Assembly: GCA_026389315.1 (NCBI GenBank)
Contig: JAPLIC010000036.1
Span: forward strand, 8,048 to 72,047
Direction of reading: 5' to 3'
Length of the DNA: 64,000 nucleotides
Source: Cyanobacteriota bacterium
Lineage (GTDB): Bacteria; Cyanobacteriota; Cyanobacteriia; PCC-6307; Cyanobiaceae
The notes under the pieces are model-generated. The model made no database searches and was not told where the DNA came from. It saw only the letters and a program-made list of their open reading frames with translations. Position numbers and translations under genes: made by a program. Positions 56,849-64,000 of this stretch are shown piece after piece; the first letter of the stretch is position 1, and every line of letters starts with the position of its first letter.

Positions 56849-56881
56849 GACAATGGCTGCGGCTGATCCTTCCCCTGGTCC

Positions 56882-57376
56882 TTGAGTCCCTTGAGTGATT
56901 TTCCGCCCTCCACCATCGAGGCGTTCCTGAGCTCCTGTGCGGGTGAGTGGATTGCCCTCCGCAGCCAGTTCGCCCCCATCAACCCCAGCCAGGACGATGA
57001 CGCCTGGCACGATTCCGAGCGGGGTGAGCTCAAGGTCGACTATCTGGCCCCAGCCACCAGCGAGGCCCCAGGAGGTCTGCGGGTCACCGCGCCGGGGGGC
57101 ACCGTCACCACCTTGACCTTCCTGGCGGATGGCCGGGCCCTCTTTGCCGCCCCCTGCCAGGAGACCGCCTCAGGCACTTGGCAATTCTGGCCTGACGGCA
57201 CTTTGGAACTGGGCTGTCCCGCCGAGGACGGCAAGGTTAGTGAGCGGATCTGGTTTGCCAAGCCCAATCTGCGCTTGCGCAGCAGCCTGGCCCACCGGGC
57301 GGATGGGGAACCGGGACGGGCCAGCTTCAGTACGGAGATTCGCCGCGTCAGTCGGCCGCCTTCCCAGGCTCTGTGA
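56882..57376 (+). CDS. Phycobiliprotein lyase, CpcS/CpeS family
   Basis: [25 protein letters not shown] and ASFSTEIRR. Confidence 0.85.
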   Translation: MSPLSDFPPSTIEAFLSSCAGEWIALRSQFAPINPSQDDDAWHDSERGELKVDYLAPATSEAPGGLRVTAPGGTVTTLTFLADGRALFAAPCQETASGTWQFWPDGTLELGCPAEDGKVSERIWFAKPNLRLRSSLAHRADGEPGRASFSTEIRRVSRPPSQAL

Positions 57377-57389
57377 AGGTGTTTCGCTG

Positions 57390-58625
57390 ATGCGACTGGA
57401 TGTGGTCAGTTTGATTCCCGAGGCGTTCCAGCCCCTTCGGGAGCTGGGGGTGATCGGCCGTGCCTTCGCTGCCGGCATCGCTGAACTCCATACCCATAAC
57501 CCCCGTGATTACGCCACGGATCGCTACCGCAAGGTCGATGACCTGCCCTACGGGGGCGGAGTCGGCATGGTGCTGAAGCCCGAGCCGGTGTTTGCCGCCT
57601 TTGAGGCGATTCCGGCGCGGAGCGGCCGCCGTGTCCTGCTCATGAGTCCCCAGGGTAAGCCCATGCGGCAGGCGGATCTGCTGCGGTGGGCCGAGAACTA
57701 CGACCAGTTGGTGTTGCTCTGTGGCCATTACGAAGGCTTTGATGAGCGCATCCGTGGCCTTGCCGATGAGGAGGTCTCGATGGGTGATTTTGTGCTGACC
57801 GGTGGAGAATTGCCGGCCATGACGGTGATCAATGGAGTTGTTCGCCTCCTGCCGGGCACGGTGGGCAAAGCGGCTTCGTTGCAGGAGGAGAGCCATCGCG
57901 ATGGCCTGCTGGAACATCCCCAATACACCCGCCCCGCCCTGTTTCGGGGCCAAGCAGTGCCCGAAGTCCTGCGCAGTGGCGATCATGGGGCCATTGAACG
58001 ATGGCGCCAGCAGCAGAGCCAGGAGCGCACCCGTCTGCGTCGCCCCGACCTCTATGTCCGCTGGCTGGAGGGGGGCGCTGCCGAAGGGCCAGCAAGCCTG
58101 GAAGACTGGCCTGAGACGATGGCTGCCAAGGGAACAACCATGGATCTGCGGATTGGCAACGGCTATGACATCCATCGCCTGGTCCAGGGTCGTCCCCTGA
58201 TCCTCGGGGGCGTCCGGCTGGAGCATCCCGAGGGGCTCGGGCTCGATGGCCACAGCGATGCGGATGTCTTGGTCCATGCCTTGATGGATGCCCTGCTTGG
58301 GGCCCTGTCCCTCGGGGACATCGGTCGCCATTTCCCCCCGGAGGACAACCGTTGGCAAGGGGCCGATAGCCTTGAGCTGCTGCAGAAAGTGGTGGCTCTG
58401 GTGGCGGAGCGGGGGTGGCGCGTGGTGAATGTTGATGCGGTTGTGATTGCCGAACGGCCCCGACTCAAGCCCCACATCGACACCATGCGGGCGGCTATTG
58501 CGGCGGGTCTTGGCGTTGATCCGGAGCAGGTGGGGGTGAAGGCCACAACGAATGAGGGATTGGGACCTGAGGGGCGCGAAGAGGGTGTGGCTTGCCACGC
58601 CGTGGCTTTGCTGGCCAGGAACTGA
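57390..58625 (+). CDS. trmD-ispF: In-frame fusion of tRNA (guanine37-N1)-methyltransferase TrmD and MEcPP synthase IspF
   Basis: TrmD motifs [42 protein letters not shown]; then IspF motifs [30 protein letters not shown], with no intervening stop. Confidence 0.92.
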   Translation: MRLDVVSLIPEAFQPLRELGVIGRAFAAGIAELHTHNPRDYATDRYRKVDDLPYGGGVGMVLKPEPVFAAFEAIPARSGRRVLLMSPQGKPMRQADLLRWAENYDQLVLLCGHYEGFDERIRGLADEEVSMGDFVLTGGELPAMTVINGVVRLLPGTVGKAASLQEESHRDGLLEHPQYTRPALFRGQAVPEVLRSGDHGAIERWRQQQSQERTRLRRPDLYVRWLEGGAAEGPASLEDWPETMAAKGTTMDLRIGNGYDIHRLVQGRPLILGGVRLEHPEGLGLDGHSDADVLVHALMDALLGALSLGDIGRHFPPEDNRWQGADSLELLQKVVALVAERGWRVVNVDAVVIAERPRLKPHIDTMRAAIAAGLGVDPEQVGVKATTNEGLGPEGREEGVACHAVALLARN

Positions 58626-58628
58626 GCG

Positions 58629-59333
58629 ATGGCTTTTCCACCGGGTTCTGGTGATTACGATCTCGATCTCGATCGCCGCCGCCGTCTGGGTTTGGTGGAG
58701 GCTGTGTGGGGCGAACACAAGAGCCCCTCGCAGATCGCCTCCATCATCAAGGCGATGCGGGCCGCTGACGAGCTTGTTTTGGTAACCCGGGTCTCCGAAG
58801 AGCAGGTTGCAGAGGTGTTGACCTTGCTGGGGCCTGAAGGGGATGTTCTTGAGGGGATATGGCATCACCAGCAGGCCCGTTGTCTGACCCTTCCCGCTCT
58901 GCCGATTCCTGACCCTGGGCTGGGGGTCGTGGCGATTCTGGGAGCAGGCAGCAGTGATCTAACCGTGGCTTCAGAAGCCCATCTCGCCCTGGCCTGCCAC
59001 GGGGTAGCCAGTGATTTGATCTTGGATGTGGGAGTGGCCGGCTTGCACCGCTTGCTCACCCGTCTCGATGAATTGGTGCGTTACCGCGTATTGATCGTTT
59101 GTGCCGGCATGGAGGGGGCATTGCCCACCGTGGTGGCGGGTTTGCTGCCCCAGCCGGTGATCGGCGTGCCCGTGTCGGTGGGCTATGGCGTCAGCAAGGG
59201 TGGTCGGGCGGCCCTGCAGGGCATGTTGGCCAGTTGTGCCCCAGGACTGACGGTGGTGAACATTGACAATGGCTATGGGGCCGCCATGGCGGCCCTCAGA
59301 ATTCTTCAGTCTCCCAGGGGCGATGGGGGCTGA
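58629..59333 (+). CDS. larB: LarB / CpmA family (PurE-like) protein
   Basis: AGSSDL, DVGVAGLHRL, AGMEGALP, PVSVGYG and VVNIDNGYGAA. Confidence 0.9.
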   Translation: MAFPPGSGDYDLDLDRRRRLGLVEAVWGEHKSPSQIASIIKAMRAADELVLVTRVSEEQVAEVLTLLGPEGDVLEGIWHHQQARCLTLPALPIPDPGLGVVAILGAGSSDLTVASEAHLALACHGVASDLILDVGVAGLHRLLTRLDELVRYRVLIVCAGMEGALPTVVAGLLPQPVIGVPVSVGYGVSKGGRAALQGMLASCAPGLTVVNIDNGYGAAMAALRILQSPRGDGG

Positions 59334-59371
59334 GGGCCGCCCGTCTAAGGGCAATTCAGCTCTGCGGCTAT

Positions 59372-60370
59372 TCAGAGATGTTGCATTTGCGGGTAGGCGG
59401 TCAGCAGATCCTCTTGGCTCAGCACTTCGCCCCGACCTTCGGGCTGCCAGATGACCTCAAGGGCCAGGAGATCTTCCGAGCGCACCGAACCGAGACGCTG
59501 GAGCGATTCCCGCAGGTCTTCGGCCGTGCCGGTCCCCTTGAGGTCCAGTTTGGATCGGCTCGCCACAAGCAGGGTCACAGCGATGAAATCACTGGTGGCA
59601 TCGCTTTGGCCGGCGACCCCGGTCGTGGTTTCAGTGTGGCGACGGCCCGAGACATTGGCCGTAAGTTCCCGTTCCAGTTTGCTGCGCTCCTGCATGGAGA
59701 GCCGGTTGAAGGTGGCTTCTGCGGAAGTAAACGGGATCTGGCCGACTTCGGAGTTGGCATAAACCCAGAGTTCGGGGTTCCGCAACAATGAAAGGGTGGT
59801 CTCCTGGAGAACCCGCTGCAGACCACTGCTGGTGGTCGTATCGGCGGTTTCAGCCATCCGCCGCAAGTCGGTTTGCAGCACCTTGGCGGAGGCCAGCAGG
59901 CCCACCTGGACTTCAGCCAAGGAGACACCGCTGGAAGCCATACTGTCCTGGCCATCACGGCCGGGCAGGCTGGCCGTGCCACCCCCGCCCCGCAGGGAGC
60001 TGAGCATCAATCCAACGACCGCCATCAGCACCAGGAAGGCGAGCAGACCGCTGCCACCGAAGCCGAAGATCGGCACAACGAACGGGGCGCTGTAACCACC
60101 ACCGTAGTAACCACCACCGCCGTAGTAACCACCACCACCTCCGTAGTAGCCGCCACGGGGGTAGTAGGTGCCGCGCGGGTAGCCGCCACCGGAGCCGCCG
60201 GAGCGGCCGCCATAACTGCGCGGCGCTGACGGAGCCGATCGGAAGCTGCCGCCCCCGATACGTCCGCCGCTGGCCGCAAGACTGGTCGCGGGTTGGGCAA
60301 GCAGCAAGGTGGTCACCAGCATTGGCACCACCATCAAGCCGGCAAGGCGCCGCAGCAATCGGGGACCCAT
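59372..60370 (-). CDS. DUF1517 family membrane protein
   Basis: ASGGRIGGGSF after a signal segment, Gly/Tyr-rich region, TM, then LQETTLSLLRNPE, FNRLSMQERSK and EVIWQP. Confidence 0.88.
   Translation of the reverse strand: MGPRLLRRLAGLMVVPMLVTTLLLAQPATSLAASGGRIGGGSFRSAPSAPRSYGGRSGGSGGGYPRGTYYPRGGYYGGGGGYYGGGGYYGGGYSAPFVVPIFGFGGSGLLAFLVLMAVVGLMLSSLRGGGGTASLPGRDGQDSMASSGVSLAEVQVGLLASAKVLQTDLRRMAETADTTTSSGLQRVLQETTLSLLRNPELWVYANSEVGQIPFTSAEATFNRLSMQERSKLERELTANVSGRRHTETTTGVAGQSDATSDFIAVTLLVASRSKLDLKGTGTAEDLRESLQRLGSVRSEDLLALEVIWQPEGRGEVLSQEDLLTAYPQMQHL
60092..60188 (-). repeat. Imperfect tandem codon repeats encoding GG(G)nYY units
   Basis: Plus strand shows repeated ccaccaccgtagtaa-type units; protein reads GGYPRGTYYPRGGYYGGGGGYYGGGGYYGGGY. 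Confidence 0.75.
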
Positions 60371-60396
60371 AGGAGTTGCAGAGGTTGAACCGAAAT

Positions 60397-60606
60397 CTAG
60401 ATACCACCCCCCACGATGGTGACCACCTCCAGCACATCGGATTCCACAACCTCTTGCCCAGGCCAGTGGCGCCGCGCCAGGATCGCGCCGTTGAATTCGA
60501 CGACCACCAGCTCGGGCCGGTAACCGAGGCTTGTGAGGAGCACCTGCAGCGACTGGCCAGAAGCACATCGGCGCTCTTCACCGTTCACCTGCACGGTGAT
60601 GGCCAT
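60397..60606 (-). CDS. thiS: Sulfur carrier protein ThiS
   Basis: VQVNGE, VVEFNG and LEVVTIVGGG. Confidence 0.93.
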   Translation of the reverse strand: MAITVQVNGEERRCASGQSLQVLLTSLGYRPELVVVEFNGAILARRHWPGQEVVESDVLEVVTIVGGGI

Positions 60607-60650
60607 TGGATCCCGATCCGGGCTGGAAAGGTCTGGGGGGTCAGGGGGGC

Positions 60651-61724
60651 TCAAGGGTGGTTCTCGAGTTGGTCAAGCAACGTTTTGGTGATCAAAGCGG
60701 GACTGGAGGCCTCGGTGAGAGCCCTGACGACGGCGACCCGGGTGGCACCGGCCGCCTGGACCTCGGCCAGGTTGTTGGCGTCGATGCCACCGATGGCGAA
60801 GAAGGGGACCGGACATTCCTGGGCCGCTGCGGCCACATAGGCCAGGCCCACCGGCTCCCGTCCCGGCTTTGTGGGGGTGGCCTGCACCGGGCCGACACCG
60901 ACATAGTCACAGCCATCAGCAACGGCCTGGCGGAGTTCAGCGATGGCGTGGGTGCTGCAGCCGATCAGACGTTCGGGGCCTAACAACCGCCGGGCGATCG
61001 GCAGTGGCAGATCCCCCTGGCCGAGATGGACCCCATCGGCATCGACGGCCAGGGCGAGGTCGATGCGATCGTTGATCAAGAAAAGGGCGCCATAGTCCAG
61101 GCAGAGACGCCGCAGTTCCTGGGCCTGTTCCAGGCGCTGTCGGTCATCGAACTCGATCCCGTCCACCGTGGGCCCTGGCTTGGCGCGGTATTGCACCAGC
61201 CGCAGGCCGGCCTGCAGGCATTGCTCCACGACCGGGGACAGCTGGGGCACCGGCGAAGTCACGAGGTAGAGCCGACAGTGGGCCAACCGGGCGCGGCGAT
61301 CGTCTTTGCTCTTGGTGGCTCGCAGCAGGGCAACTTCGAGGTCGTAGAGGCCGTACCGGCATTCTGCGGCGGCGGCGGCCAGGTCCGCATCGACCAGTCG
61401 CCCGAATTCTTCGAGCACCCTCAGGGCTTCCTGGACTCGGGCGGCGTTGGCGGCGACGATCGCCGGGCCGTCGCGACGGCGGACCTGGGCTGGGTGAGCG
61501 AGGCCCGTGGCCGGGTCGCCGGCGGCATCTCGGGCGAATTTGTAACGTTCGACATGAAGTTGGCCCAGGCGCTGGCGCAGGTCCTTGCAGCGCCAGACGA
61601 GATCGGGCCGTTCCAGGGCAAAGCGGGCCCATTCCTCCATCACCCGCAATCCTTCGCGAGCGCGATCCAGGTTGGCGTCGATCAGGCGCTCAATCGGGAC
61701 CTGGGCTGCAGGGGAAAGGGACAT
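60651..61724 (-). CDS. thiE: Thiamine-phosphate synthase with the cyanobacterial N-terminal extension
   Basis: IDANLDRAREGLRV N-domain; VQYR.K, INDRID, DGVHLGQGD, STH, TPTK and AIGGI. Confidence 0.94.
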   Translation of the reverse strand: MSLSPAAQVPIERLIDANLDRAREGLRVMEEWARFALERPDLVWRCKDLRQRLGQLHVERYKFARDAAGDPATGLAHPAQVRRRDGPAIVAANAARVQEALRVLEEFGRLVDADLAAAAAECRYGLYDLEVALLRATKSKDDRRARLAHCRLYLVTSPVPQLSPVVEQCLQAGLRLVQYRAKPGPTVDGIEFDDRQRLEQAQELRRLCLDYGALFLINDRIDLALAVDADGVHLGQGDLPLPIARRLLGPERLIGCSTHAIAELRQAVADGCDYVGVGPVQATPTKPGREPVGLAYVAAAAQECPVPFFAIGGIDANNLAEVQAAGATRVAVVRALTEASSPALITKTLLDQLENHP

Positions 61725-61741
61725 GGGCTGGGGATAGGCGC

Positions 61742-61771
61742 AAAAAAAAGAGCTCCGGTCCGAATCGGCTC
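61742..61771 (-). terminator. Weak intrinsic-terminator-like hairpin followed by U8
   Basis: Minus strand reads GAGC-CGATTCGGACCGGA-GCTC-TTTTTTTT; the stem is short and bulged. Confidence 0.35.
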
Positions 61772-61806
61772 AACTGACTAGGCTGGGCACCAAGCGCTGA
61801 ACCAGG

Positions 61807-62037
61807 ATGGCCGTCGAGCCGGGACCTCCCGTGAATCCATCCGTGGTCACTGTGCGACCACCTGACGCTCTTGACACCACGGTGAACCGATCCTATGGGT
61901 CGGCCCCCGCTCCTGCTCCGTTGGATGCCACGGGGGGAGATAACCCCATGGGGGTTTTGATTTCAGGAATCCTGTTGCTCGGAGCCATCGCCCTGTTCAT
62001 CGGTTGGGGACTCACCCACGCCTATTCGACGACCTGA
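61807..62037 (+). CDS. Small single-TM hypothetical protein
   Basis: Pro-rich N-terminus then GVLISGILLLGAIALFIGWGL; true start uncertain. Confidence 0.55.
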   Translation: MAVEPGPPVNPSVVTVRPPDALDTTVNRSYGSAPAPAPLDATGGDNPMGVLISGILLLGAIALFIGWGLTHAYSTT

Positions 62038-62958
62038 AGCTGCTTTAAGGAGCTGGCGAGCCTGTTTGGCGTCCCTGGCGATCTGGCTGGTCAGGGCGGC
62101 CAGATCGGCAAACCGTTCCTGGCGGCGCAGCAGGCGGATTGGTTCGACCACCAGGCAGGCCCCCCCAAGACTCAGCTGACGATCGAGCAGGTGCACCTCC
62201 ACGGCCGATGGGGCCGTGGGGTCGATGGTGGGTTGGGGGCCCAGGTTCATCACGGCGGCCATGGGGCCTTCCGGACACCCGACCGTCCAGGCCAAAGCGG
62301 CGTAAACCCCCTCCAAGGGAAGGAATTTGCGGCCATCCACCTGCAGATTGGCGGTGGGCCAGCCCAGTTGGCGCCCCAGGCCCCGCCCGGTCACCACCCG
62401 GCCCCGGAAGCGGTAGGGGCGATCGAGCAGTCGCCGGGCCTCCGCCAGATCCGCCTTGGAGAGGGCTTGGCGGATGCGGCTACTGCTGATCCGCTGGGAC
62501 TGGTCCCACAGCATGGGAACCACCTCCACGTCAATGCCGTGGAGTTCTCCCAGGCGTACGAGCTCGTGGCAATCGCCGCTGCGTTTGGCCCCAAATCGGA
62601 AGTTTTCTCCGACCGCAACACGGCGGACATTGAGTTGCTGCCCCAACACCTCCTGCACGAAGGCGTCCGGGCTGAGGCCGGCCAGTTCCAAGGTGAAAGG
62701 CACCAGTACCAGTTGGCGGATGCCTAGGGGTTCGAGCAGTTCGAGTTTTTCCTCAGGCAGGTCCAGCCGCAGCCGGGTCTCCCCATGGAGAACCTCGCGG
62801 GGGTGGGGCCAGAAACTCACCACCGTCGGCACCAGCGGAGCGGGACTGGGACTGACGGCCGCGATCACCCGTCGGTGGCCGGCATGGAGGCCATCAAAGC
62901 TGCCCAGCGCAATCGCGGTGGGCCCTTGGGCCTCGGAGGGTGTGTGGAGGGGGATCAC
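61963..62958 (-). CDS. ribF: Bifunctional riboflavin kinase / FAD synthetase
   Basis: GSFDGLHAGH, GENFRFG, ISSSRIR, GRQLGWPTAN, GVYA and VEVHLL; start taken at VIPLHTP. Confidence 0.94.
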   Translation of the reverse strand: MIPLHTPSEAQGPTAIALGSFDGLHAGHRRVIAAVSPSPAPLVPTVVSFWPHPREVLHGETRLRLDLPEEKLELLEPLGIRQLVLVPFTLELAGLSPDAFVQEVLGQQLNVRRVAVGENFRFGAKRSGDCHELVRLGELHGIDVEVVPMLWDQSQRISSSRIRQALSKADLAEARRLLDRPYRFRGRVVTGRGLGRQLGWPTANLQVDGRKFLPLEGVYAALAWTVGCPEGPMAAVMNLGPQPTIDPTAPSAVEVHLLDRQLSLGGACLVVEPIRLLRRQERFADLAALTSQIARDAKQARQLLKAASGRRIGVGESPTDEQGDGSEQQDS

Positions 62959-63042
62959 CACCGGTGCATCGGGATGGTCAAGCCTCGCTATCGCCAGCTT
63001 GATCTTCCCATGGCAAGTTTGGGAGGTTGCCCCGGGGCGTTC

Positions 63043-63621
63043 ATGGCCGATTCGGTTGAGTTGCAAACCATCTCCTTCGCCTTGCGCCGGGTCGGCTGGG
63101 TTCGCTTCTGGGCCCAGCTGGTGCTGGGTGTGGTGGTGATCGGCGTGCTGACGTTCAACAACATCGGCAGCCGTGTCGTCGCCAATGCTGATCGGGCCCT
63201 TGGTCTAGGTCCGGGGCTCTCGTTATCCACCCTGTCGTTTTTCGTACTGCTCTGGAGTCTCTGGCAGGGCTGGTTGGTGGTCCGCTGTGGGCGGGCCTTG
63301 GCCAGCCCGGTGAAGCCCAGCAAGGGGGAGACAAGCCGATTGCTCAAAAGGGGGTTGATCGCAGACCTGATCGGCCTCACCCTGGCGGCGGTTGGGTACC
63401 AGGCCCTGGCTGGCAGCCTGTTTCTGCAAGCCTCTCTCCAGGCTCCGGGACTGTTCGGACCCATGATGGCCCCGGGGATGGGCCGGGGGGCCATCAGCAC
63501 TTTCCCGATCACCTCGATCGAGATGCTCTCGGTGTTGAGCAACACCCAGGTGTTGTTCGCCCATCTGATTGGCCTCGGCTTTAGCCTCTGGCTGTTGCAG
63601 AGGATTCACCGCCGGGCCTGA
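63043..63621 (+). CDS. DUF3611 (Tic21-like) membrane protein
   Basis: LRRVGWVRFWAQLVL, four TMs and SNTQVLFAHLIGL. Confidence 0.82.
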   Translation: MADSVELQTISFALRRVGWVRFWAQLVLGVVVIGVLTFNNIGSRVVANADRALGLGPGLSLSTLSFFVLLWSLWQGWLVVRCGRALASPVKPSKGETSRLLKRGLIADLIGLTLAAVGYQALAGSLFLQASLQAPGLFGPMMAPGMGRGAISTFPITSIEMLSVLSNTQVLFAHLIGLGFSLWLLQRIHRRA

Positions 63622-64000
63622 ACGGCCCTAGAGCGATGGCTGGAGGTAGCGAGCTGGCCTCCCCTCGCCAGAACAGTTCCGGTTGCAGAGGTGTCAGGGA
63701 GGCGCCGCCCTCGGCGATCCAAGCGACGTCCGTAGGCCATTCTGCCGGGGCAGGGAGACCAGCCTCGGTGTCATCGACCACCTCACCGGCAAGCCAGTAG
63801 TAAGTGCGCCCCCGCGGATCCTGGCGCCGGTCGAATTGATCCACATAGCGCCGAACCGCAGTCCGGCACCAGCGCAGCGGACCGATTTCAGCGGCAGGCC
63901 GGGCGGGCACGTTGAGATTGAGCAGCAGGCCAGGCCGCCATGGGTGGCCCAGCATGGCCTCGGCCACGTCGAGGGCAATCACGGCGGCGGCCTCGAACTG
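63581..64000 (-). CDS. surE: 5'/3'-nucleotidase SurE, C-terminal part (5' end outside the window)
   Basis: LLNLNVP, DPRGRTYYWLAG, TDV and SLTPL. Confidence 0.9.
   Translation of the reverse strand, partial: QFEAAAVIALDVAEAMLGHPWRPGLLLNLNVPARPAAEIGPLRWCRTAVRRYVDQFDRRQDPRGRTYYWLAGEVVDDTEAGLPAPAEWPTDVAWIAEGGASLTPLQPELFWRGEASSLPPAIALGPFRPGGESSATARG

Noticed and set aside
57348-58868. Long antisense and alternate-frame ORFs (e.g. 57348..58868 minus, 7266..8237, 1549..2496)
   Set aside because: Shadow ORFs of well-supported genes in high-GC DNA, with low-complexity translations and no recognisable motifs.
61340-61724. N-terminal extra domain of ThiE as a novel fusion
   Set aside because: This extension is a known, general feature of cyanobacterial ThiE.
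61725-61960. TPP riboswitch upstream of thiE-thiS
   Set aside because: The conserved CUGAGA and ACCUG elements are absent on the minus strand.
1-64000. CRISPR arrays, rRNA, transposases, prophage or defence genes
   Set aside because: No regularly spaced repeats, rRNA-like sequence or matching ORFs seen; nearly all sequence is explained by the listed genes.

Overview
High-GC picocyanobacterial chromosome (Cyanobium/Synechococcus-like, judged from psbX, ycf66, hli, a CpcS-type lyase and gene order). Core housekeeping flanks occupy about 1-17.1 kb (aldolase/SDR, gltS, S9 peptidase, def, rpsU, comM, HIT, ABC transporter, hli, ycf66, psbX, yggT, accC, tRNA-Leu(GAG), lpxB-like) and about 55.3-64 kb (era, lyase, trmD-ispF fusion, larB, DUF1517, thiS, thiE, ribF, DUF3611, surE). 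Between them lies a roughly 38 kb, compositionally mosaic surface-glycan locus (17.3-55.2 kb). It holds fcl, galE, a TIGR03790-like gene, 13 glycosyltransferase-like genes, a Wzy/O-antigen-ligase-like membrane protein, two AsnB-family enzymes, a carbamoyltransferase, a WbpL/WbpM-type initiation module, and wzc/wza. The most interesting part is a cyanoexosortase-A-like transpeptidase, its partner protein and a dual-specificity (CX5R) phosphatase, transcribed tail-to-tail with a Wzc kinase that carries a 10-Tyr cluster. Downstream of wza is an unexplained pair: a Pro/Ala-rich protein and an outer-membrane beta-barrel. I found no flippase, Wzb, integrase, transposase or CRISPR array. All family assignments come from motif recognition by eye; no database search was run.
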